Assembly: GCA_950097015.1 (NCBI GenBank)
Contig: CATNEN010000038.1
Span: 9,610,001-9,674,000, forward strand
Direction of reading: 5' to 3'
DNA length: 64,000 nt
Source: Macrostomum hystrix
Taxonomy: Eukaryota; Animalia; Platyhelminthes
The notes under the pieces were generated by a model, which saw only the letters and a list, made by a program, of their open reading frames with translations, made no database searches and was not told where the DNA came from. A program made the translations under genes and the position numbers. This document shows positions 1 through 10,861 of this stretch, piece after piece (position 1 is the stretch's first letter; each line of letters opens with the position of its first letter).

Positions 1-1293
1 CTTGTCGAGTGTTTTTTCCGCTCTCTTTTCTTCCTCGTCAAATTTCTGCCCGTCGGAACTCTTGCGGTCTGTGAGCTGAAAGCTGTGAGCTGATCCCCGC
101 TAAGCCGAGCGTGAGGACGCGTGAGCCGGGGGGGACGCGAGTGGAGAGGAAGAGGCCTAAAATTTATCCCCACTCATCATCGAACTCGATGGAGCTTGCC
201 TTCCCCCTGATGCGTGGGAAACCCAAGGCCAGGAGCGCAGCAGATTTACTGGGAGTGAGACCCTGGCTGGGAAGATCGAGCAGACGATGAAGTAGTCGGA
301 AGTTCTGCTCTGTGCTCTGGGTAGATTCGGGAGTGAGGAGTTGGGGTCAGCTACCCTTCGCCAGCCGAACCGACTAAGATTCCATCAATAAGTTTATCCA
401 TTTATCTGTTCCATCAGTTTCCCGTCAGTCCGTGCTCATCCATTTCCCAGCTGCTATCACTGAGCTTCACAATCTGAGCTGTTCAGAAAATGTAACGACA
501 AAAGCTAATTATTTACGAGCTGCAATCAGTTTGAGTGCTAGATAACATGATAACATAGATAACGTACTTTTCAAAATTCGAGATCTGAGATTCGAGATTG
601 GAATAATTGAATATTTGCATTCGGAACAATGGCGCATGAAAGTCAGCAGCACTTTCCAAGCTCGATCTAGACACACTCATCGGTCATCAGTCACGTGCCA
701 TTTGTGTAATCAGCGCAGTCACCGCTGGCCATGCAGCAGTTTCCCCCCAAATAGCCTACAGGGAATAAGGATAGAAACATGACTAGCTGGGCGAAATGCC
801 CTTTTCCTGTTCCGATCCCAAATCCCAGTCAGACACAGAAGCCCCTGGGCTCGCTCAATACATTGCTTAGTTCCGCGGGGGAATTCGCTAAGGGCCAGAG
901 AATACCGCCGCTGCTGTTGCTGCTGTCCGTGCCGCAGGCATGTCTGATGCGCGCACTAGGAGAGGCGAAAAAATCCCCTCGCCTGTTTTCCCATCTGTCT
1001 GGAGCGGAGGGGAGAGGGGAGTGGAGAGATAGTGATGTTTGGGCAGAGGGAATCGTCACCCCTCACTCCCAACTGCCCTCGTCCTATTTGTAGCCATGCC
1101 ATCTGCTTTTTCAGGCAGGCAAGCAAAGCAAAACTCTAAATTATTCGGGACAGCTTAAAACGGACGTCTACTTCCCTCACCCGACATGTGGTGAAAGATA
1201 CAAAATATCCTTGTCTAAACGAGAGAAGCTTTTTGTGAAGGCAATTTACACTCATATAAACAGAATTTTTCTCAGCATCAGAGCAAAGGCACA

Positions 1294-2892
1294 ATGCAGA
1301 ACAGCAATCAAATTGACGCCCTTGTCGCATCGGAAACCAATCGTCTCATTCTACGCTCCGGTGCGTCCAGGAGCGTCGACGCGCAGTCTAGGTCGAAACA
1401 GTTCCTGAACACCATGCCAGCTTCGCATTCGGCATCTCTGAAATCACCGTCCTCGAATATGTCGACTGCCGAAGCTCTGGCTCCGGGCATCGTCGGCGCT
1501 GTGGCCTTCTTTCTGGTGATGTTCGCCCTGGTGGCAGCCTACTGGCGCTGCGGAAGATTCCGTGATAACTCGCCGCACTTCCGAAAGCGACGGCGGACCA
1601 GGCCGTGGGAAGCGGCCGCAGCCGAGTCTGATGACGGCGGCTGTCGGATAACCGTCAATCCGTTGGAGGAGGAGATCGAGGTAATAAAAATAAAAATAAT
1701 AATTGCAGGGCTGCGGGCAATGGCACATCGTTTAGTGACACTAGACCCGCAGCCAGCGAGGAGGCAATTCTGCCCATTTCGCTGACTCCTGAGCACACAC
1801 GCACACAGATACTGTACGCAGGCACACACTCACACAGGTGTGTACATCTGCCCTGACTTTCTCATCGTCAGGCAGTGTACACTCTCACTGTGCCTTGGAA
1901 GTTGGCCCACACACAAGGGCGTAAATTTCACGACAAGCCCGCAAGCCTTCTCTCCCCGGCTGCGCCCCAAATAAATGTGGCCTCGCCGTGGAATCGAACT
2001 TAGGGACCGTGGTGCGAGAGGCAAACGCGTTAACCGCTCTGCCACCGACCCCCTAGAGATCGAGGTAAATAGTTCCTGATAACTATCTGCTCTGCAGTCA
2101 AACACTGAGTCGTTTCTTGATGTTGATCTTATTGGGATTCGATTCCCAACCAAGGACTACTAAACAACACTAAACAATAGTAGTCCTTGTTGTCTAGTGG
2201 TCCTTCTTCCCAACTCCATTGCAAAAATCTGTGTCCTTTAGCAGGAGACCTAACTCTGCATTGCTTCAATTCACCCGGCTGTTAAATGGGTAAAAACATT
2301 TAAGAGCCGTACGCAGCCTTCAGATGCGACTCGCAATAGCATCTGACCCAATTGGGACAGGTGTAATCTGTTTGTTTAGTTAGTTGTAATTTCATTGAAG
2401 TGTATGACTGTTTATCTAAAGAGTTGAATATCTTGTCTCGAATATGCCACAGCTCCATCGGTTTCTTAGGTGACTACGAAAATAAAATCCTTTGCCTTTA
2501 AGATGAAGCCCAGCTTGCCAAAGCGAGTTTCACTACAGAAGCCGATTGCAAGCGACCGTTGCAGTTCCATAGCTGAGGACAACAACGACTTTGACGATCT
2601 GGCCTCTCTACTTTCCTCGTCGGATGGCAGCGGGAGCTGCAGCGACAACTCGGAAAGCAGCGAAGATGACGAAGTCGATGAGAACTGCGAGCAGTGTCGT
2701 CGGGAAGCTCGCCTTGCCAGTCCGGAGGAAGCCGAGGAGGAGAGCGACGTTGATGACGCTGCTGACTCTGAGCTGGACGATGACGGGATTGAGTTCGCTG
2801 ATGAGGATTCAGCTGACGATGCAGCAAACGATGACGCGCCTGCGAAGGTCGAGACGGAATCAGCTCGACTGATTCGGGGCAGAGGATACTGA
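1294..2892 (+). CDS. Two-exon single-pass membrane protein with acidic cytoplasmic tail (about 269 aa, uncharacterised); exons 1294-1680, 2470-2892
   Basis: Hydrophobic segment GIVGAVAFFLVMFALVAAYW followed by basic RKRRR; donor GAG|gtaata at 1680 and acceptor ttcttag|GTG at 2470 are both phase 0; exon 2 is D/E/S-rich. No family recognised. Confidence 0.6.
1685..2055 (-). mobile_element. Full-length tRNA-derived SINE (family A) with 13-bp TSD
   Basis: Minus strand has A box TGGCAGAGCGG, B box GTTCGATTCC, a body shared with other copies and an (ATT)n tail; flanked by gagatcgaggtaa at 1672-1684 and 2056-2068. Confidence 0.85.
2228..2370 (+). mobile_element. Truncated CORE-type SINE (family B)
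   Basis: tgtgtcctttagcaggagacctaactctgcattgcttcaattcacccggctgttaaatggg resembles the CORE-SINE domain; it shares the 3' ccaattgggacaggtgtaatc with the copies at 3745 and 48325. Confidence 0.65.
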
Positions 2893-3174
2893 TTTGTGTC
2901 TTCTGTGGCCTCTGAAAGTGTCAGACACCCGAGTTTGATTCGCGAATTTTAGCATGCCATGGCGACTGACGCAAACTATTTTTAAAAGTTAAGTTTCTCA
3001 GCTCTGTAGACGCTTAATAAACTAGATAGGCACCTTAATCTATTCTTACACCTGAACGACCAAGGACCAACGGCCTATGTGCTTCGCTTTTGTTAGCCAA
3101 AGTCGAGCAGTTTCAGAAATAGAGAAACTTTATTTGAGAAGGGACAAGAAAATAGATGCTTACAATCGTAGAAA

Positions 3175-3318
3175 TCTGTACATCTGCCCTGACTTTCTCA
3201 TTGTCCGGCAATGTACGTTCTTCCTGTGGAGTTTTAATTGTAAAGCCTCCAAGCCTTCTCTCCTCATCGATTGCGCCCTTAAGGCCTCACCGCGGAATCG
3301 AGCTCAGGCCCTTTGGTG
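3175..3318 (-). mobile_element. Degenerate SINE family A fragment
   Basis: tgtacatctgccctgactttctca...aagccttctctcc...ggaatcgagct matches the copy at 1685-2055. Confidence 0.7.
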
Positions 3319-3744
3319 AAAGAAGCAAACAGAAAAGTTTTAGGTGGGATTTTAACCTTTCTTTAGCTATTGCCCAGGCTTTGGGACTGTTAATATTACA
3401 CGCCGAATGAATGCGGCCCCGTTTGTGGATCCTGTGGAAAAACTATATCGATTTATCAATAAGCTTTGTTTGCTTGGCTTTTACGCTGATAAACCGCTAG
3501 AAAGAGAGAAAAGCTATCTAGCTTCTTATACTCTTATACAAGCTGGCACCAAATGATTACACCATGTACTCCTTATCGGTTGGAATTAATTACACAACTG
3601 CAGTGTTGCAGTCTATTATTCAATATATTAATAGTAATATAATAGTAGTAAATAATAGAGGCATATAATCAACTTTGAAGACTTTGAAGCGAGAAAAAAA
3701 TTGCAAGTAAACTGACCACCTAGTGTACAGAGAGGCTTATTAAG

Positions 3745-4035
3745 ATTGGTTGTAGCCCTGGGGACTCACGACTTGAAGGTCGGGGGTTCGATTCCCGAAT
3801 CCACTGGATCAACTTTTGTACTTTAGCAAGACAACTAACTATGCATTGCTGCAGTTCACCCTGTTATTAAATGAGTAGTAGCATTAGGTGTGATAATTGA
3901 AGGTGGGTGTGGCGTCACCCCAGTCCATGGACTGAACAGCCGTACGCAGCCGTCAGTTGCGCCACGCAATAGCTGCGGCTGTGCTGGCGACTGCACATCT
4001 AGTCCGATTGGGGCAGGTGTAATCGAAATTATTAT
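3745..4035 (+). mobile_element. Near full-length CORE-type SINE (family B)
   Basis: tRNA-like head with B box GGTTCGATTCCC, CORE-like gcagttcaccctgttattaaatgag, shared 3' body ataattgaaggtgggtgtggcgtcaccccagtcc, (att) tail. Confidence 0.75.
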
Positions 4036-5372
4036 CCATGATTGGATTGGACAATATACTGTAAGCAACTTACCCAACGTGACCAAAACTGATGGTCACT
4101 ATTCTGAAGACCAGCGATGCTAAGTATCTGTAAGGGAATGCTATTCCTTTTGTACTACTTGCAGTCCTACGAAACGCAAATTTCTAGCAAAATTTCTACC
4201 CTGGGTAATGAAGTTCTTTGTTTATATAGACATGTATTGTTTCCTCGAGAGTTCAAATTTTAACCCACGACCGCACAATGACAACTGCGGTCTACATAGG
4301 GATAAGATTCGAACTCTTGACCTCACTGGACTAAACAGCTCCGGAAGGACTTAACAGATGTAAAAATGTTGCTGGGACTGTTTCACTTGCTTTTCACTTA
4401 CATGCCTGGTGTTTTCGATTTATTTATCTTCCGTAAAATGTTGACGACGTATTCAAAGCCAACAAGCGCCGCGGATTTAGCAGGCAAATGAGTTTGGATT
4501 GCTCTAATCCAAATCTGACAGAAGCAGAGATTAGCTAAGAGTGATACAAAGTATCGATTTGCTCATTGTGAATTATTGTGAGTCGCACACTCACAATGCT
4601 CGACTGGAACTAGATTTTTATCAGGGAACGGAATCAACTAGCTCATAAGTCACAAGTCAGAGATCAGTGTAAATCACGCTGTGTACTTGCGAGGCGCAAT
4701 TGGGAGACGGAAATCAAATTCGATAGTTTCGACATCAAAATTCAAAAGTGCGATGACGTAAAATAGAAAAATACAAAGTGCAGATAAATTGCGTGATTTT
4801 AGCAGAATGAATTTTTACAAGTAAAGAAGGGTTCTAATCACCGTCGGATCCAGGATTTTTTATACAGTTTCATTTAACAACGAAGCGTTATGTAAAATGA
4901 ATATGTACAGCCGTTGAAGGTATCGCAAAGTTGAAACTATGAACGATTTAGCCATTGTCTGCAGGAATTGTATGATTGCATGATTTAGTCATAAGCAATC
5001 ATTCTCAAATGTCTATGGCCCAAGGTTATGGGCAGTTTCGCAAGACAAATATAGCAAGTCGTGGCCATAGACTATTAAGGCGTGCAAAAACCGGTATGGA
5101 TTGGTGGACCCCAAAATATCCCTATGATACGCTTAAAGAAGGAAATAACAATATGGAATATGAAACAAAGCTGTTTTCGTTTTTGTTGAATTGAAGAGCG
5201 TGACTCGTGAGTCTTTGATAAGCACAAAGTACGTTCGTACATTAAATTTTCTATCGTCCAGAGAAATAATAAATCAGCAATAAGTGAAATTGCAATAAAA
5301 TCATCCATGAATTCCAACAACCAATGCAACATCCAATTTTCTCATCAATCAAAGTCACAGGTCTAGGGCAAC

Positions 5373-7469
5373 TCAATGATTTCTATGCCCGCTGCGCCTA
5401 CGGAAGATAATCCTGTTGAAGGCGCATCGAAAGTCGGGCGAGAAGACCGTGTAGATGACGGGGTTGAGCATGCTGTTTGTGTAGCCCAACCACTGGATCA
5501 CAGCGTGGCCGGTGTCAGACAAAACGGACGCGCAGAAGCTCCTGTTGAACGGACAGAGGGACGCATGAACAAAGAACGGTAGCCAGCAGATCATGAAGCA
5601 GCCTGTCACAACAGCCAGAGTCCTTGCAGCGCGTCTCTCGCGCGCCTGTACAAGTCGATCGCGTTGGATGCAAGAGCCGCAGGTGTTTCTCGGCGAGTTG
5701 GGCGCCGGTGAAGTCTGCACCGAAGTCACAGAAGCTTCCGTAGTGTTGCTCACGTTTGATGCTTTTCCACGAGACGATTTCAGTCGAGGCATTGACCTGG
5801 CAAAATTGATACGTCGAGTAGATCTACTGGAGCTCCTCTCGTTGATGCCAGCGCCGTCGGCGACTGCGGAGCTGCCACCGGCTCCCGAAGCCAGTAAGCT
5901 GCCACCAGCTGCGGAACTCGATGCAAATCGATTGAAGCACTTCCTGCGAATCCGACGCTTAACGGCCCGGTAAATGGCCAGGTAGATAACAAGCATGAAC
6001 AGCATTGGTAGGTAGAAAGCGCCGATTGTTGAAAACACCGTGTAGCCGGGCTCGTCGTTGATCTGGCAGTGCTCGAAACCATTCGCTTGGCCTTTCTTAC
6101 TGGGATAAAACCTCGCAGGTACGCTTATGGCGACGCTGATAAGCCAGGTGAGGCCGATCACGAAGCCAATTCGACTGGCAGACTGGGAGCGGACATACTT
6201 TACATTGGTGACAGCCCAATAACGGTCGAGAGCTATACCCACGAGGTGCAGAATAGACGCTGTGCAGCACAGAACATCCAGACAGACCCACAGATCACAC
6301 ATATGACTCCCTGTAGCAATGTGAATCGGGAGAAAAAATTTTCTGAAAGCAACTGTCGTCAAGTTGAGGCGGAGCTTCTAATCAACCAACCATTCTCAAC
6401 CATTCTCAAGCTTCAGCCTTATTGTTCCAATATTCATCAATATAATTTTAAAGTCCTATGTACATTAAGTTCAGGTGCTAAATCGATGGTTTTTTAAGAA
6501 GTCCTTTGTACGGACTCATTTTTATTCGCGCCTTTGAGCTCTTTCGCTTTGATTTCAGATATTTTGATTGATTCCGGCAGGAATCGCTCCTTATCACGCG
6601 TCCTTGAGAATTCTTCTCTCCAGCTGCTCAGAAATTCTCTTTCCTTGCCTTACTCAATGCAAGGTTGCTTGCTTGCTTGCTTGCTTGCTTGGTGAGGTAG
6701 ACTTCTCCAGACTAATAATCTCACCTTTTGAAGGGAAAGCAAGGGCGCTCCCGATTCTTCCGGTTGGAGGAAGGCGGCCTCAAGCCACCTGCGGAGCTCA
6801 GTAAAATACTAATTTTCCCCCAGGCACATCAAATTTTAACTTATGGCGATGAACTTTCAAGTGATGAGTACTTGGCTCAGCTGGCCTCAAGGTCATCCTG
6901 CTCTGCATGCTCCTCGTGTCTCTTCCTCTCGGGCTGCGTGCAGGTGCCGATAGGCGCGGCTGCAATTACTCACCATTTTTTGCCTTGAAAGCTAATTTAT
7001 TTTCTTGCACTTTTTGCTCCTTGGTGCGATCAACAGTCTCTCTGTAAAGTGCTTCGTCGTTTAGTTTTTTCCATTTTTTTATTAGTGGTCAAACACTTAC
7101 CCAGCCACCAGACTTTAGAAATTTGATTCAATGCGCTGACAGGCATAACCAAGGTGGCAACCATTAGATCCGCAATGGCTAGACTAATTAGCAGGTAGTT
7201 TGAAACACTCTAAAATTAAATTTGGCGAAAACATTTCATTAATAATAATACACATACGAGTACAAATTCTCAATATTCTGAAGCTCTTGACAATACGAAA
7301 TTGCATTTTGTACCTGCAGATTTCGTTCAATAACAATAGCAGCGATCACAAAGATATTTCCTAAGACAGTTGCCAGTATGATGACGCTCAGAGCTGTGCC
7401 GATTGCGACCGCCTCCCAGAGCTTATAGCGAAGAGCGAAGCCAGAGCTGCTGTTAGCTGGGCCCTCCAT
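5373..7469 (-). CDS. Serotonin 5-HT1-like GPCR (about 400 aa); exons 7469-7314, 7209-7101, 6310-5373
   Basis: TM1 GNIFVIAAI; exon 2 (not in the ORF track) SVSNYLLISLAIADLMVATLVMP; amine-binding Asp in DVLCCTASILHL; ALDRYWAV; TM5 YTVFSTIGAFYLP; CWLPFF; NSMLNPVIY. GT-AG introns in phases 0 and 1; total 1203 nt. Confidence 0.92.
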
Positions 7470-7974
7470 GACTTGGCGAATAAGACAGTTTTGCGAGTGC
7501 CCCGTCCTCCAGGAACTTTACTGTCTGACTCTGAAGGACATTGGACACTCCCATTTATATTTATTCAGTCTCTAGTAGGCGCAAATCAATGCCGACAGTC
7601 TCTGATTGGCTCACATGAAACTCGGTGCCTGGATGCTGTGACTGGACTTGCAGATGCTACGATAGCGAGATTGTGGACTTTAGCAAGCTAGAACATGATC
7701 AGTATAATTCCACACCAGAGCGGTCCGAAATGAGGCTGATTGCCCGCGGCCGATGTCTATGGCCTAAACGATTGCTGCATAGCGTAACATAGCTTGTACA
7801 ATTTAAAAGCAAGAAAGCGGAAGTAAAGAAGAAATATAGGCACCCAAACTTATACTCGTATATTAAAAATAAGATTCTCTCTTCTTTTACCCGAGAAATT
7901 TCTTAATAAAAATTTGTCTATGATTAAAATGTGGGGGTTTAATATAGAAAACAAAAACTCTTGAAACTCTAATA

Positions 7975-9451
7975 TACCTTTTCAAGCTCGACTTTGGCAA
8001 AAGTGACTTCAATTTTGGCAGCACATAGAAAAAGCATGCCTGCCGGCAACATGTCTATGGTCAACTGTGGTAGAATCGGTTAAAGCGTGCATTCAACTTT
8101 GGCAAAAGTGAGCGAATTTCGGCAACACAATAAACTGAACGGAAAACGGTAACAAACGGACTAGGAAACAAGATTTAAACACAAAGCACGATACTGTCGT
8201 TGTTACTTTTGAAGTCATTGAATACCATCAGTGATCAATGTCATTGTAGGTGAGGCAGCGGGGTCCGTAGCTCAGCACGTGTTCGTGCCACTGCCGACAT
8301 TTTTCGGCGGTGATGGAACTGGACGCTGCCTCAACTTGAGCCGTCAGAATGCGCAGTCGACGATGCTGCAGCGTCTCACCAGCCTGCGCTGCAGCATGCC
8401 TGTCGTGAAGCCCCTGCACGATGCGGGGTTCAGTCAGGCGCCTCTTGAGATCTGCCTTCAAACAGGAGATCGCCATCTCCGCAGCGTTCAGAAAAGGCGA
8501 ATACGGCGGCATATAGTGAATGGACTGATCTTGTCGGCCAAGGTTGAGTTGGTTACCGTGCGGCCTAGCATTGTCTGCCAGTACAACAAATGAGTCGTCC
8601 ACTAATGCACTAACCTCACTCATGAACTCATGGAACTTGACTTCGGTAAAGCCTCCAGTATGGTGTCGAAGGTGTACCAATCCAAGCTGCGGACTGATTG
8701 CCAGGACGACAGTCAGATTCTGTCCGCGCTGGCTGTCGGACATCATGACGGCACGTTCACCGGCACCTGCCCATCCCTTTGTCCTTGCCGTCCACAAATT
8801 ACAGCCAAACTCGTCCACGTAGATGAGATTGTGTGCGAAGATGCCGGCTTCCATAAACCACTGCATGTGGTCGAAGCGCGCCGCCTTCGTGATATCCGAA
8901 TTCCAGTGCTCATGCACTCGCCGAACGTCCTTCAGCGTGATGTACAGAGTACAGTCCAGGCGACGGCTGATTGCCTGCACCGACACGCCTGGTGCGCTTG
9001 GAAGTTCGGCTTCCATCTTCTCCTTCATCTCCCTCAACGTTATGGTGGGCTTTTCTTCAACAAACCGAGTCACAGCATTTAACATTGGTGGTGTAAATTT
9101 TGGCCTCACGGCTCCTCCTCGTTGCTTCAGCGCAACGCGATCTTCAGCGACAAACCTGTGGATAATTGTGTCGGCAGTGGTTCTCTTTATGTCGAGGTCC
9201 TTCGCCAGTCGTCTCCAGTCTCTTCCTTCTTGGTAGCTGCGCACTAGCCGTTCTCGATCCTGCAGCGATATACGCGCGTTCGGCATGTTGTTCGGTTGAG
9301 TTGTCAAAATTCGCTCACTTTTGCCAAAGTTGAATGCACGCTTTAACCGATTCTACCACAGTTGACCATAGACATGTTGCCGGCAGGCATGCTTTTTCTA
9401 TGTGCTGCCAAAATTGAAGTCACTTTTGCCAAAGTCGAGCTTGAAAAGGTA
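7975..9451 (-). mobile_element. Intact IS630/Tc1/mariner-superfamily DNA transposon, 145-bp TIRs, TA TSD
   Basis: 7975-8119 is the reverse complement of 9307-9451; TA at 7973-74 and 9452-53; single uninterrupted transposase ORF inside. Confidence 0.95.
8228..9286 (-). CDS. DDE transposase (352 aa from ATG 9286) with N-terminal helix-turn-helix region
   Basis: HTH-like RLAKDLDIKRTTADTII, RGG linker, catalytic IYVDE, LADNARPH and PPYSPFLNAAE motifs. Confidence 0.93.
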   Translation of the reverse strand: MPNARISLQDRERLVRSYQEGRDWRRLAKDLDIKRTTADTIIHRFVAEDRVALKQRGGAVRPKFTPPMLNAVTRFVEEKPTITLREMKEKMEAELPSAPGVSVQAISRRLDCTLYITLKDVRRVHEHWNSDITKAARFDHMQWFMEAGIFAHNLIYVDEFGCNLWTARTKGWAGAGERAVMMSDSQRGQNLTVVLAISPQLGLVHLRHHTGGFTEVKFHEFMSEVSALVDDSFVVLADNARPHGNQLNLGRQDQSIHYMPPYSPFLNAAEMAISCLKADLKRRLTEPRIVQGLHDRHAAAQAGETLQHRRLRILTAQVEAASSSITAEKCRQWHEHVLSYGPRCLTYNDIDH

Positions 9452-9921
9452 TAGTTAGATATCTTCGATTAATTTTTGCCATAGACATTGACAACGGGCG
9501 CAAAATGAAGTCATGTGTAAAAAAATGAGGCAATTTAGCCATAGACGGGTGCACAATTTCATTTCGTGCCCGCTGCTTGGGCTGGCTCCTAAGATTATAT
9601 ATTCCTTGATTCAGCTTGATTCCAAGGGATAGAATCTTTGGGCTGGCTTGGCTCTGGTGTGGCCTGAAAGCAATTGTATTGACTGTGGTCGGTTTGGGAT
9701 CCCCGGCCTACAGTATGAGTATTATTAATTATAATACGAAATATCACTGAACCAGGTGTAAGGACGCTCTGCTTCAGCCTGGCATTGGTGGCGTTAAGAC
9801 GCTTACACAGCACTTCACAGTACTCCGTACAGGCCTGGCACTCCGAAAGGAAAGACACGAATGCAGCGCTTACCGGTCGGAACGCAGGATGACAGGATGA
9901 CACAGTTTCTATGTATTTTTT

Positions 9922-9967
9922 TGCAATAACTTGAGACTTGAGACGCAGTAAAAGACCGTCTTTACAG
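9922..9967 (-). other. Spliced-leader (SL) exon-like sequence
   Basis: Minus strand reads CTGTAAAGACGGTCTTTTACTGCGTCTCAAGTCTCAAGTTATTGCA. It resembles flatworm SL exons (5' CCGT..ACGG hairpin, 3' TTGCATG) and the Macrostomum SL as I recall it, but lacks the terminal TG and the adjacent GT donor. Confidence 0.65.
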
Positions 9968-10800
9968 ATCGAACCTTAAAGTTCGCCAGTTGCCCCGGCA
10001 CGGGCAGATAATGACAAACCAATAGGGTAGCAGGCGGGGGCAGACAGGGGAGGCGGTGCACAAACAAAGTCAAGCCACCAGCGCGCAGGGAGTGATAGGG
10101 TTGTACGCGCTGGCCGGGTGGACGGGCAAAGCTACACAGAGCTGATTGGCTGGAGGTCAAAGCCACGCAGGGCTGGGGTAAGGGTTGACAGACAATCCCC
10201 GCGCCCAGCCAATCAGATGGCGGCACCGCGCCAAACAAACCCGCTTCAAACACAATGGCCTTGGCGAGCACTCGACCTGAGAAACACAGACACTCAATAT
10301 ACTCAATATAATAACTATAATATGCAAAATATACTCGTAACGTATCTGATTGAGTTCAATTATTTGCATCGGATCATAAAGGATTTCATCTTCGTGCATC
10401 ACTCCATTCGTGAAAACACTCAGCACGTCCACTCGTAGCCATTTACTGGTCAAGGCCAACGTCATTAAAAATACTATACTACTGTAGATTGTTTTTATTC
10501 TATAGACAATGCCTTCGTGGTCAGAGAGGTTAGAATGGTAAGAGAAAGAAGGGCCAGAATTGTTAAAAATAGTGTCGAGACAAAAACATTGCTGACTGGG
10601 TGAGCGTTCGTGCCTCTATAGCCGCCCTGTTTACGCTCTGTGCGGCTTCACCGCTGAGCCGGTGGCACTGTGCTCACGGGCTCGGAGTCCTGTCTTTCCA
10701 TTGCGCATTGCGCCCTGTCTCAAGTCACCCGGTCTCCCTACTCGGCAGGCTTATAAAATGAGACGCGGAGACTCAGTTGTGCATCTCCATGTTTTGAGAA
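9968..10800. promoter_or_regulatory. Putative divergent promoter region
   Basis: GC-rich; CCAAT motifs at about 10019, 10144 (reverse) and 10209; GC-box-like ggcggggg at about 10032; TATAAAA at about 10752, roughly 110 nt before the iGluR-like ATG. Confidence 0.4.
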
Positions 10801-10861
10801 GATTTGCAGAATTAAGTTGAAAAGAAGCAGGGCTTCTCTAGTTACTGTCTTTGCCAGCATC

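Noticed and set aside
1-1100. GC-rich ORFs at the window start
   Set aside because: No recognisable motifs; more likely UTR or promoter sequence of a gene outside the window.
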